NCBI GenBank assembly: GCA_021784975.1
Contig: JAJYGU010000390.1
Location: 1-50,750, forward strand
Reading direction: 5' to 3'
Length of the DNA: 50,750 nt
From: Planctomycetota bacterium
GTDB taxonomy: Bacteria; Planctomycetota; Planctomycetia; Pirellulales; Thermoguttaceae
The translations under genes were made by a program, and so were the position numbers. A model generated the notes under the pieces. The model saw nothing but the letters and a program-made list of their open reading frames with translations, searched no databases and had not been told where the DNA came from. This document shows positions 35,027-43,829 of this stretch, one piece after another (position 1 is the stretch's first letter; each line of letters begins with the position of its first letter).

Positions 35027-35992
35027 TCAGCCTCTCCGCTGCATGGCTCGGTCGAGCTGATCCACCAGATCGTCGAGATCGCTGAAGGCCCGCCGCTGGG
35101 CGGATTCGCCGGACTCCTTCGGAGGCGTGTGGGTCATGGCTTCACGCCCCGCGGGCGGGCGGGCGGATTGCGTTAGCTCCGCCAGCGGGCAGCCACATTC
35201 AGGACAGGCGCCGTTGCCCGCCACCGCCGCCCGCGACTTCTTGGCGACCTTTTGGCCGCAGGCCGGACAGGGCCGGCCGGTGCGGGAGTAGAACATCCGG
35301 CGGGCGGCGGCATCGAGGGCCACCAACTTGCCCGGCGCTCCGGCAATGGCCGCGTCCTTCTCATAGAGCGGAAACATAAGGGCGCTTTGCGGGCAGATAC
35401 GTGCGCAGGCCGGACAGCCCGGCTTGCACTGGTCCGGTTGCCGGACCTGGACCTTCCCATCTCCGTCCAACTCGTACACGCCGAATAGACAGAACTGCAA
35501 ACAATGCTGACAGTTGGTGCACCGCGACTGGTCGACCACCGGGTACCAGCGCGGCTTGGTCGGGGCTCGCAATTCTACCAATCGCCCGGCGTCAAAGGGG
35601 GCAGTCCCAGTTTCGCGGCGGTCAACCGCGTGAGTACGGCTAGATCGCTGGCGCCGCGAGAATGGGGATAGTCCCCCGGCCGCGGCGAAGGCCGACTTGG
35701 CGTCGGCAAACGTGCGGAGATCGAGAATGTGCGATTCGGCGAGGTGAATCTGGTGCCGATGTAAGAGCCAGCTCACCGCCCGCGGATGCAACCATCCGAG
35801 CAAGACTGCCTGCTCCACGCCGTCCGCCAATGCCTTCCAGAGCTTGCTCGACTCAGCCAGGTGATACAGCGGCGGCACGACAAGACAATCGACATCCTCG
35901 GCCCCACATCGTTCGATGATGTCCTGCTCGAGCGCGACCGTCCGCGCATCGGGATGCTCGTGCTTCGAGAGAATGATCCGGTTGGGGCGCAT
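35027..35992 (-). CDS. Two-domain protein: unknown N-terminal domain plus 2x[4Fe-4S] ferredoxin domain and a C-terminal CxxC...CxxC tail
   Basis: ATG at 35992. Cluster motifs CTNCQHCLQFC and CKPGCPACARICP, then CPACGQK...CPECGC near the C-terminus. Confidence 0.8.
   Translation of the reverse strand: MRPNRIILSKHEHPDARTVALEQDIIERCGAEDVDCLVVPPLYHLAESSKLWKALADGVEQAVLLGWLHPRAVSWLLHRHQIHLAESHILDLRTFADAKSAFAAAGGLSPFSRRQRSSRTHAVDRRETGTAPFDAGRLVELRAPTKPRWYPVVDQSRCTNCQHCLQFCLFGVYELDGDGKVQVRQPDQCKPGCPACARICPQSALMFPLYEKDAAIAGAPGKLVALDAAARRMFYSRTGRPCPACGQKVAKKSRAAVAGNGACPECGCPLAELTQSARPPAGREAMTHTPPKESGESAQRRAFSDLDDLVDQLDRAMQRRG
35597..35675. repeat. Degenerate palindromic GGGACNGTCCC-type element, copy 7, inside the ferredoxin ORF
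   Basis: ggggcagtcccagtttcgcggcg ... gccgcgagaatggggatagtcccc. It is translated in frame as ...GGLSPFSRRQRSSRTHAVDRRETGTAPF... and links the two domains. Confidence 0.5.
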
Positions 35993-36024
35993 GGAAAGGG
36001 GGTTCCGTGGCGATGGCGAGCAGT

Positions 36025-36915
36025 TCACTCGACTCGGCTGGGGAAAATCGCCTTGAGATACTTGCGGTTGGCAACGTAATCCACCATCAGCCCGTGCGGA
36101 GCGGCGGCTTCGAGCTGAATCCAGCCGCTGTAGTGGATGTCATCAAGCGCCTTGCGGACCTGGCGGAAGTCGATCCGGCCTTGGCCGAGCAGGTAGCCGG
36201 CGTCTTTGGCGTGGAATTCGCAGATCAGCGGCCCGAGCGTGCGGATCTCCTTGAGGATGTCGCGGCCCTTGTCGGTCGAGTTGCCCACGTCGTAGTAGAC
36301 CTTGACGGCCGGGGAGCCGACACGATCGATGATCCGCATGTTGTCCTCGGCGCTCAAGTAATCCTCGATGCCAATCCGCACCCCTTGTTTTTCCGCCTTG
36401 GGGGCCACGTCTTTCAGCACTCCCACCAGGTGGTCGATCTCGGCAGTGCGGCGCAAGTCGAGGTCGCCCGCGTAAAAGCAGGCCGGCATGACGACCGTCA
36501 GCCCGAGGGCCGTGCAGACGTCGATGCTGTCGGCCAACCACCGGGCTGCCCGCGGATCGCGTTTCAGCGGCACGCTGTTCATCTCGCCGATGGCCAGCGA
36601 AGCGATCTGAAGGCCGGTCCGTTTGGCGGCCTCGCGGTAGCTCTGCTGCACATCGGGGCGCCGCAGGTGCATGTTGTTGCCGACCGACCCCATTTCGACC
36701 TGCACGCCATCGAGCCCGAGGGCCTTGGCGACATCGAAGGCCGCTGTGTCACCGCGTTTGCCCAGCGACCAGTCGCAGGCCCCGATTTTAAAGCCACGCG
36801 ACTGCGGGGCGGCCAGGAGCGGTTCGAGGCCGCCCGCCGCCGCGGCAAAGGCGGCTGCCTGGGCTGAGCGGATAAGCATGGCGCGGCGGGTCAATTGAGG
36901 GCGTGTCGGTTTCAT
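36025..36915 (-). CDS. Sugar phosphate isomerase/epimerase (xylose-isomerase-like TIM barrel) with a Tat signal
   Basis: ATG at 36915. N-terminus MKPTRPQLTRRAMLIRSAQAAAFAAAAGG. AP-endonuclease-2/TIM-barrel-like body. Confidence 0.85.
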   Translation of the reverse strand: MKPTRPQLTRRAMLIRSAQAAAFAAAAGGLEPLLAAPQSRGFKIGACDWSLGKRGDTAAFDVAKALGLDGVQVEMGSVGNNMHLRRPDVQQSYREAAKRTGLQIASLAIGEMNSVPLKRDPRAARWLADSIDVCTALGLTVVMPACFYAGDLDLRRTAEIDHLVGVLKDVAPKAEKQGVRIGIEDYLSAEDNMRIIDRVGSPAVKVYYDVGNSTDKGRDILKEIRTLGPLICEFHAKDAGYLLGQGRIDFRQVRKALDDIHYSGWIQLEAAAPHGLMVDYVANRKYLKAIFPSRVE

Positions 36916-36954
36916 GGCAGACTCCAATTGGGGACTTCTCACAATATCCAGCCG

Positions 36955-36994
36955 CCCTCACCCCTAGCCCCTCTCCCGCACGCGGGAGAGGGGA
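36955..36994. repeat. CCCTCACCC-TAGCC...hairpin element, copy 1 (intergenic, terminator-like)
   Basis: ccctcacccctagcccctctcccgcacgcgggagagggga. The stem is cccctctcccg / cgggagagggg (36968-36978 / 36983-36993). Confidence 0.55.
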
Positions 36995-37003
36995 ATTCGT
37001 CAT

Positions 37004-38329
37004 TCACCACGCCTTGGTGACGCCGGGCATGGCGCAGGGATAGCAGCCGTCGGGGCCCGGCTTGACCAGTGTCTTGCCGTCCCACGCCAGCTTTTTCGGC
37101 GTCAGGTCCAGTTGCGAGTTGACGGCCGCCTCCCAGGTGACCAGCTTGCCGGAGTACGTCGCCATCCGGCCGAGGATGGCGGTCATGGTGCTGTCGGCAG
37201 CCCGGTCCACCTCATTATAGGTCTTGCCGGCTGCCAGGGCCGCCAGCAGATCATCCATCTCAATCTGGTGACCGTCGTGGGCTCGGCGCCATTTCTTGGG
37301 CGGCTGGCCGGCGACCTGCATCACAGCGCTGCCGTGGCCCACAATATCGGCGCTGCCTTGGGTGCCGGTGGCATGTTGCGAGAAGCTGTCCCAGCAGCCG
37401 GCGATCTGACGGCAATAGCTGAACATCTTGACTCCGCTGGCATAGGTGAACTCGACCGCGTGGTGATCGAAGATTTCGCCCACGTCCTTGCCCACGCGGA
37501 CCTGCCGGCCGCCCATCCCTTGGGCCTCGATGGGATGCTCGCGGGCCATCCAATTGCCGACATCCAGGTCGTGGACGTGCTGCTCGACGATGTGGTCTCC
37601 GCTGAGCCAAGTGAAGTAGTACCAGTTGCGGACCTGATACTGCATCTCGGTCTGGTTCGGCCTGCGGGGCCGGATCCACAAGGGACCCATGTCGAAATAC
37701 ACCCTGAGATACTTCAGCTCGCCGATCTCGCCCCGGTGGATGCGGCCTACGATGTCGCGATATTGACGCTCATGCCGCAAATGATGGCCGACGGCCACCG
37801 CCAGCTTCTTTTGTTTGGCTGTTTCGTTGGCCGCCCGGATACGACGGATGCCGGGGGCGTCGGTGGCCAGCGGCTTCTCCATGAAGACGTGCTTGCCCGC
37901 CTTCACCGCGGCCTCGAATTGCATCGGCCGAAAGCCGGGCGGGGTACAAAGCAGAACGAGATCGACGCCGCTCTCCATGGCCTTCTGGTAGCCGTCCAGG
38001 CCGACGAACTTTCGCTCGTCGGGCACGTCGACGCGGTCCTTGAATTGCTTCCGGAGGGCGCCCAGGCTGGCATCCAAGGAATCCTTGAACGCGTCGGCCA
38101 TAGCCACCAGCCTAACGTTGGCCTTGGTGCTGAGCGCGTTGGCGGCCGCGCCGGTGCCGCGTCCGCCGCAGCCGATCAGGGCGATCTTGACCAGGTCGCT
38201 GCCAGCCGCGTGGGCGCTGCGGGCGAGCGACAGGCCGCCCAACGCGGCGGCGCCAGCCGCGAAAGTTGATGCCTTGAGAAAGTCGCGGCGCGAGGCGGAA
38301 TGGGGCTGAGAGTTAGGGTCTTGGTTCAT
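37004..38329 (-). CDS. Gfo/Idh/MocA-family oxidoreductase with a Tat signal
   Basis: ATG at 38329. Tat motif SRRDFLKASTFAAGAAALGG. Rossmann motif IALIGCGGRGTGAA. Confidence 0.9.
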   Translation of the reverse strand: MNQDPNSQPHSASRRDFLKASTFAAGAAALGGLSLARSAHAAGSDLVKIALIGCGGRGTGAAANALSTKANVRLVAMADAFKDSLDASLGALRKQFKDRVDVPDERKFVGLDGYQKAMESGVDLVLLCTPPGFRPMQFEAAVKAGKHVFMEKPLATDAPGIRRIRAANETAKQKKLAVAVGHHLRHERQYRDIVGRIHRGEIGELKYLRVYFDMGPLWIRPRRPNQTEMQYQVRNWYYFTWLSGDHIVEQHVHDLDVGNWMAREHPIEAQGMGGRQVRVGKDVGEIFDHHAVEFTYASGVKMFSYCRQIAGCWDSFSQHATGTQGSADIVGHGSAVMQVAGQPPKKWRRAHDGHQIEMDDLLAALAAGKTYNEVDRAADSTMTAILGRMATYSGKLVTWEAAVNSQLDLTPKKLAWDGKTLVKPGPDGCYPCAMPGVTKAW

Positions 38330-38407
38330 GAATGTTTCTCCAAAAAAACTTGGCTTACAACCGCGGGGTGAAACTCGCGATGGCAATCGCATTCCTGCTT
38401 CCAATCT

Positions 38408-38460
38408 CCCTCACCCTAGCCTTCTCCCGACCAACCTTCGGTCGGTGCCCGGAGAGGGGA
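38408..38460. repeat. CCCTCACCC-TAGCC...hairpin element, copy 2 (intergenic)
   Basis: ccctcaccctagccttctcccgaccaaccttcggtcggtgcccggagagggga. It shares both ends with copy 1 and carries an extra internal hairpin ccgacc/ggtcgg. Confidence 0.55.
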
Positions 38461-38464
38461 CCGA

Positions 38465-39937
38465 TCAGAAGGATAGCAACAGTTGCCAGAGGTAGGTGTT
38501 TGCCAGGCCGTCAATACGCTCCCACACATGTTGGACGAGACTTTCATCACCGGAAACCGAGGGGATCTGCTTACGCTTTTCGCCCCAAGGAACACAGGCG
38601 CCGGCCGGTATTCTGCCGACGGCCGGCGCCAAGGGCGGGCGGCCGTCGCCCCGGCCCGCGCCCGCCACCGGAGCGGGTTCCGCCGGCAGCGAATGGCCCC
38701 GCGAATAAACCCCGTGCTCGCGGGTGAAATCGGTCATGGCCCGGATGTTTTCCACCTTGGCGTCGTTCTGCACGATCGCGCTGGCGTCCATGATGTAGCC
38801 GCCGTCGCGGCCGACGCCGTCAATGATCTCTTGGCAGCGCCGGCGGACATCCTCCGGCGAGCCGAAGGCCAGCAAGGTGTTGGGAACGCCGCCGCTGAGG
38901 CAGAACTTGCCGCCCAGCACTCGATGGGCTTGGAAGATATCGCCCTGATCGACGTGGTAGATGATACTGCCTTCGGGCAATTCAGCGAACGACTCGAGAT
39001 GGTGGTCCCACTTGCCTTCGGCGTAGAACAGCGTTTGCCGGCCCTCGGCCCAAAGCTCTTGGATGATGGGCTTGACGGTGGCCCAATAGATATTCTGGAA
39101 GACCTCCGGCGATACAAAGGGGACGCCGCCGCGGTGCATCCAATAGCCGATCGGCACCAGCCGCTGCGGGTCGGCGGTGGTGCGGGCGACATGGCACAAG
39201 TGGGGCATGAGGGCCTCGCAGGCGGCCACCACCTTGTCGCGGCGTTCGAACAAGTCTTCGACCAGGCCGAGGTAACCGCGGAGCTTGTCGGCCAGAATGT
39301 CCATGGGCGCCTTGAAGATGCCGGCGAGGGCGGAGACGGTGCCCGATTCCGCCCTGAGCTGGGCATTTTGGGCGGCAAAGGCCCCAAAATACTCCATCAT
39401 CGCCATGCCGCCCTTGAGAAACGAGAGGTTGTTCCGCGGGGTGACGGGCTCGCCCGGCCGGCAGACTTCGCTGGATACCCGCGGCAGCCAGACGTTCAGC
39501 AAGAAGCCGGTGGGGTCTTCGATCAGTGGGTCATATTCGTCGGGCCGCATGAAGGCGTCTTGCTGAGGCGGCTCGCGGTACTGGAAGCCCGTGCCGGCGG
39601 GAACGTCGATGCCCGGGATGCCGTAATACTTCAGACCGATCGCCTGGGTGAGTCCGGTCCAGACGTAGACCATGTTTGAGACCACGGCGTCCCAGTCGAA
39701 GCCGGCGGCGCATTTTCGGGCGGCGGCAAACGCCTTTTGGTAATCGTGGGCCAATTCCTGGCAGGTATAGCCGGCGTAGACGCCGGTGAACTCGGCCACG
39801 AACGGGCGGATGGGGATCATGTCCGGCTGGCCGTGGCGCATGGCGGTGACATAACGGTCCAGCCGGCTCTGATACAAGGCTTCCATGTCGGTTGCCCCAG
39901 GCGGACGGGTCGCAGTGGCGGTGGTCATCCTCGACAT
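38465..39937 (-). CDS. Uroporphyrinogen-decarboxylase (URO-D/MtaA-like) family protein
   Basis: 490 aa. The N-terminus RLDRYVTAMRHGQPDMIPIRPFVAEFTGVYAGYTCQE and the overall pattern resemble the URO-D-family TIM barrel. Alternative starts at 39928 or 39886. Confidence 0.75.
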   Translation of the reverse strand: MSRMTTATATRPPGATDMEALYQSRLDRYVTAMRHGQPDMIPIRPFVAEFTGVYAGYTCQELAHDYQKAFAAARKCAAGFDWDAVVSNMVYVWTGLTQAIGLKYYGIPGIDVPAGTGFQYREPPQQDAFMRPDEYDPLIEDPTGFLLNVWLPRVSSEVCRPGEPVTPRNNLSFLKGGMAMMEYFGAFAAQNAQLRAESGTVSALAGIFKAPMDILADKLRGYLGLVEDLFERRDKVVAACEALMPHLCHVARTTADPQRLVPIGYWMHRGGVPFVSPEVFQNIYWATVKPIIQELWAEGRQTLFYAEGKWDHHLESFAELPEGSIIYHVDQGDIFQAHRVLGGKFCLSGGVPNTLLAFGSPEDVRRRCQEIIDGVGRDGGYIMDASAIVQNDAKVENIRAMTDFTREHGVYSRGHSLPAEPAPVAGAGRGDGRPPLAPAVGRIPAGACVPWGEKRKQIPSVSGDESLVQHVWERIDGLANTYLWQLLLSF

Positions 39938-40209
39938 CCTTGGGAAGTTTGCAGCGAATACGTCGTCTCTGCGGCCGCGGTAGCGTTACACTCTCGGCAG
40001 GAAACGCCATTTTAATCTCGATGACTTGACGGATCAACATGCGGCGGGACGGTGCCGCGAGGGAGCCAGGCGGTCGAATCGTTACATCGGTCAAGGTCGC
40101 GCCGGAAAGTCGCGACGCAATTTGCCTCGCGGGAAAGTTGCGGGCATATTTGTGATGGGGATCGCCGCCCCGGAATGAATGCCTGTCATTCGTAGGAAGG
40201 AGTCGACCC

Positions 40210-40632
40210 ATGCAATGGAGGGATTGGTTATCCGCGGCCGTGTTGGCCAGCAGCTTGAGCACGGTGACGCTGGCCGCCGCGGCGGATTGCGGCTGTCGCG
40301 GGGCCGCGCTGATGAACTACCCGGGCTACGCCGCCTTGTGCGGGGAGGCGTGTTGCTGCTCGCCGGGTTATGCGCTGGTGCCTGGTTGCTGCGAGAATTA
40401 TAAGCCGTGTTGCGACAATGCCTGGGCGGGCTATTGCGAGCACCGGGCCAAGGTGGACGCCCGCCGGAGTCGGGTGGGGGTGCCTCACGCGGGGCGGCAC
40501 GCGGCGGTGTGCTGCGGGTGGGCCGCCATCGAGACCGAAGAGTCGCCGTTGCAGCCCATCCCGGCCGCTCCGGCTGAGCCGCCGGAAAAGTCTCGCCAAC
40601 GCGCGGCGCCCAACCCAGCGACCGGCAAGTGA
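40210..40632 (+). CDS. Small secreted Cys-rich protein
   Basis: AGGAAGGAG then ATG. Signal peptide MQWRDWLSAAVLASSLSTVTLAAAA. Cys clusters: CGC, CGEACCC, GCCENYKPCCDN, YCEH, VCCG. Confidence 0.65.
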   Translation: MQWRDWLSAAVLASSLSTVTLAAAADCGCRGAALMNYPGYAALCGEACCCSPGYALVPGCCENYKPCCDNAWAGYCEHRAKVDARRSRVGVPHAGRHAAVCCGWAAIETEESPLQPIPAAPAEPPEKSRQRAAPNPATGK

Positions 40633-40647
40633 GGCGGGCAAGTCCAA

Positions 40648-40718
40648 GGGGGACAGTCCCATTTTTGTGGCCGGGCACCGTGCGAAGCATGGTCGCCACA
40701 AAAATCGGGACAGTCCCC
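40648..40718. repeat. Palindromic GGGACNGTCCC element, copy 4 (long-loop variant, intergenic)
   Basis: gggggacagtcccatttttgtggc-[24-nt loop]-gccacaaaaatcgggacagtcccc, with boxes at 40650-40660 and 40707-40717. Confidence 0.85.
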
Positions 40719-40939
40719 GCTTTCCGCTGAATCCCAGCCACGCTTCGGCCGATAACCCGAAATGGACCTGCCGGGAGGGCGGGGCACGCTGTGTCCCGTT
40801 TCAGGATTCGAGATCATGGCGACCATGGATCGGCTGCCATGATCTTTTCTATGGCTTGCGACGGAAAGCGAATCCGACGTTCTTCGCGGACGACGGTCGG
40901 TGTCTCCTCAGGCCGTTGCGCGTATCGTTTGCCGGCCGC

Positions 40940-42322
40940 CTACTTGGCCAATTGCTGCCAGAGCGATTGCGCCTCTTGCCGCTGCAAGAAGGGCCCTTTG
41001 GTCTTCAGGGCCGATTCGAGCAGTTGCCGGGCATCGCGGTCGCGGCCGCGATCGACCGAGAGGCGGGCGAGATAGAATTTGGTGTCGGCATCCATGGCGC
41101 CGTTGGAGGCCACCACCCCGAGGACCCGTTCGGCCTCGTCCAGCCGCCCCAGCTTGTAGAGCACCCAACCGTAGGTCGAAATGGCGTCGGCCCGGTTGCG
41201 AAATTGCCGCACGTTCGCGGCCGCGTACTCCAGGGCCTTCTGCTTCTTGGCCTCATCCTTCTGCTCGACCAGCGCCAGGGCAAGGTAGTTGGCGGCGGCG
41301 AAATCGCCGGGCGCCTGCAAGTGAGCCGACTCGAAATACATTTCCGCCGTGTCGTAGTCCTTTTGGAACAAAGCCACCAGGCCGCTGAGGACCTTGACGC
41401 CCAGCGACTTGGGATCGAGTTTCATGGCGGCGTCGGCCTGAGCCTTGGCCTCGCCAAGGTCCCCGCTCTGAAACGCCCACTGGGCCGCCATCAGCCGGAT
41501 CTTGACATCCTTGGGAGCGGCGCTGAGGGCCGCCGTCAGCCACTTCTTCGCATTGACTTGATCGCCGGCTTGCCGAAAGAACTGGGCGACGGTGGCCTCC
41601 GGGAGCATCGCTTCAGGATTGCCCTTGGCCGCCCGGCGAAGCTTGTCCAACGCGCCGGCAGTGTCCTTCTGTTCGAACCGGCAGCGGGCCAGTCGCTGCA
41701 AGGCCACCCCATTGTTCGGATCGAGCGTCAGCCAGACTTCGAGCTGCTTCTGGGCGGACCGCCAGTCGCCATGGGCCTCGGCTACCGAAGCCAAACCGCC
41801 GCAGACCATCGGCCGCATGGCCTTCTTCCGCTTGGCACTCTTGGTGAACCGATTCAGCAGGCTGTCAGCCTTTTCAAACAGCAGGCCGGCCTCCGTGATC
41901 CGCCCCTCGCGGACTGCCATATCTCCCAGATACAGATAGGCCTCGGGATCATCGGGGGTCTCAAACGTGGCCTTTTCCAGGCACGCCCGCGTCCCGGCGG
42001 CAAGGTTGCTTCGCGAGAACAACTGGGCCAGGATAACCTGGGCCGGCGGCATGTCGGGATCCTTCTTGGCCGCTTCGGCCAGCAGCTTCAGCGCCCCTTC
42101 AACATCGCGGGCTTGGAAGCGTGCGATGGCTGCGGCGATCTCGGGGTTCTGCGCTGCCGCCGGCTTCGCAGTTCCGGCCGGGGCCGACTTGCCCAAATCG
42201 CTCTCCGAGATGGGGTCGGCCGACAGGCGGGCGGCTGCCGCCGCCAACACCAGAACCAGGACTCCGCCGCCCACCACCAACCGCGAAATAACCATTCGCA
42301 TATCGTTCCTCTCGAATGTCAT
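40940..42322 (-). CDS. Secreted TPR-repeat protein
   Basis: Signal segment MRMVISRLVVGGGVLVLVLAAAAARLSA, then multiple 34-aa TPR-like units (A..Y..LG..).. The start could be 42322, 42301 or 42295. Confidence 0.75.
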   Translation of the reverse strand: MTFERNDMRMVISRLVVGGGVLVLVLAAAAARLSADPISESDLGKSAPAGTAKPAAAQNPEIAAAIARFQARDVEGALKLLAEAAKKDPDMPPAQVILAQLFSRSNLAAGTRACLEKATFETPDDPEAYLYLGDMAVREGRITEAGLLFEKADSLLNRFTKSAKRKKAMRPMVCGGLASVAEAHGDWRSAQKQLEVWLTLDPNNGVALQRLARCRFEQKDTAGALDKLRRAAKGNPEAMLPEATVAQFFRQAGDQVNAKKWLTAALSAAPKDVKIRLMAAQWAFQSGDLGEAKAQADAAMKLDPKSLGVKVLSGLVALFQKDYDTAEMYFESAHLQAPGDFAAANYLALALVEQKDEAKKQKALEYAAANVRQFRNRADAISTYGWVLYKLGRLDEAERVLGVVASNGAMDADTKFYLARLSVDRGRDRDARQLLESALKTKGPFLQRQEAQSLWQQLAK

Positions 42323-42605
42323 CGCAAACTCCAAGCCACCCGCCAGCCGCGAGAAACACGCCGTAACCGACACCATAAATCTAGCCTACGGCAAGCGTCC
42401 CCGATTGGCAAGACGACGGACCGTCGGCTTGGCGAAACCGCTCGCCGTGCGCGCGGCTCAAGGCGTTGGCCAAACTGGTGATACGTACACCACCATGCAG
42501 AGTTATACCAACCGGCTCACGGTAGCTTCCCCTTGGGGACCACTTCTGCTACGTTGGTGATCGTGGTTCGTCTGTCCAGGTTTCCTTTGCATAAGGAGAG
42601 TTCCG

Positions 42606-43040
42606 ATGAGGCGAATGATTGGGGTGCGAATGGCGACGATGCTGCTAACCGGTTTGGTGGTGGTGTGGGCGGCCACACAGTCGGCGCCTGGCGCCGACAA
42701 CAATCCCGGCGCGCCGGCCAAAACCGGCAAGAAAACCAGGGCTTCGTCGAACCGTCTGCCGCGGTACTTCAGCAAAGTGGTTGATAAGCAACAGCGCGAA
42801 AAGATCTACACGATTCAGAACGAGTACCGGCCCAAGATCGCCGCTGCCCGCAAAGTCTTGACCGACCTGCTGAAGCAGCAGAGCGACAAGATGCTGGCCG
42901 TGCTCACGCCGGAGCAGCAGAAGCAGGTTCAAGACGCCGCCGCCAGCGCGAAAAAGAAGAGGTCCGCCGCGGCTTCCAGCAAACGCACCGCCGGGCAACC
43001 GGCCGGCTCCAAACCGGCAGCCGCGACCGCCGCCAAGTAG
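42606..43040 (+). CDS. Secreted LTxxQ-motif (Spy/CpxP-like) protein
   Basis: AAGGAGAG then ATG. A signal peptide, a helical basic body, and LTPEQQKQV. Confidence 0.6.
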   Translation: MRRMIGVRMATMLLTGLVVVWAATQSAPGADNNPGAPAKTGKKTRASSNRLPRYFSKVVDKQQREKIYTIQNEYRPKIAAARKVLTDLLKQQSDKMLAVLTPEQQKQVQDAAASAKKKRSAAASSKRTAGQPAGSKPAAATAAK

Positions 43041-43202
43041 CCGGATTCATCATCGCTGTCCCTTGTAAGGCAAGCATCGGGCAGATATGATTCTTGCGCG
43101 TTTAAGGGAGGATGGAGTCCCTCTGAAATCGCCGGCGTTCCGGCTGATGACTCCTACCAGGGCGAATCATCCCTCGGTGGGGGCCAAGGGGCGAATTAGG
43201 TG

Positions 43203-43237
43203 GCTCCCGCAGGGCAAGCCCGGCGGGAGCTTTTTTT
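43203..43237 (+). terminator. Strong intrinsic terminator
   Basis: gctcccgc-agggcaagcccg-gcgggagc followed by TTTTTTT (43231-43237). Confidence 0.75.
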
Positions 43238-43330
43238 CGAATGGGCTAGCAGCAGTAGTCGGAAATCGGCGGCCAGGGAGGCCCGTGCCCACGCCCGCGA
43301 AAGCTCCGCAGATAGTAGCCGACGATGCTA

Positions 43331-43430
43331 AGCGGCCGTCCAAGAACAAGTTGGGGACTGTCCCAATTTTCGTCCGACGAAAATGGGACTGTCCCCTTGG
43401 CGAAAGTGGAAGTTGTTGCTGGACGGCCGC
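43331..43430 (+). mobile_element. 100-bp MITE-like palindromic element, copy A (contains two GGGACTGTCCC boxes)
   Basis: It is the exact reverse complement of 46788-46887. The internal palindrome is ggggactgtcccaattttcgtc/gacgaaaatgggactgtcccc. The near-palindromic outer ends are gcggccgtccaagaacaa / ttgttgctggacggccgc. Confidence 0.85.
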
Positions 43431-43504
43431 TAACTCCGCTGCACAAGAACGTCCTGCTTACCGGTTTTCTGGACGTTGAGAACCGGCTGAAGCAAATGGT
43501 CAAA

Positions 43505-43672
43505 TCACTCCTTTTCTTCCCGCTCGCAATCTTCCTCCCGGCCTTGAAGCCAGCCATCGTGCCAAACGGAGGCTTCGTCGGAGTCGCGCGGGTAGGGATT
43601 GTCGCTCAACTCGGTCCCGACCCAATACGCATCATAACCTTCCACATAGGTGTCCTTCGTGACGCTGGACAT
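43505..43672 (-). CDS. Ribosome-modulation-factor (Rmf)-like small protein
   Basis: AAGGAGA then ATG at 43672. GYDAYWVGTELSDNPYP....WHDGWLQGRE follows the Rmf pattern GY.AG..G....CPY....W..GW. Confidence 0.55.
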   Translation of the reverse strand: MSSVTKDTYVEGYDAYWVGTELSDNPYPRDSDEASVWHDGWLQGREEDCEREEKE

Positions 43673-43829
43673 TTGAGTTCTCCTTTCGGGCGAAAACCAC
43701 TCGGCTGCCAACTCACGATCCCTGCGGCATCGGTGAGTACCGCGTGCCCCGGGATTAACATGACCGTGAGAATTGTATGCCCACGCACAGACCGGTCAAC
43801 GCGCCTGGCCCCTGAACGCGCAGACATTT

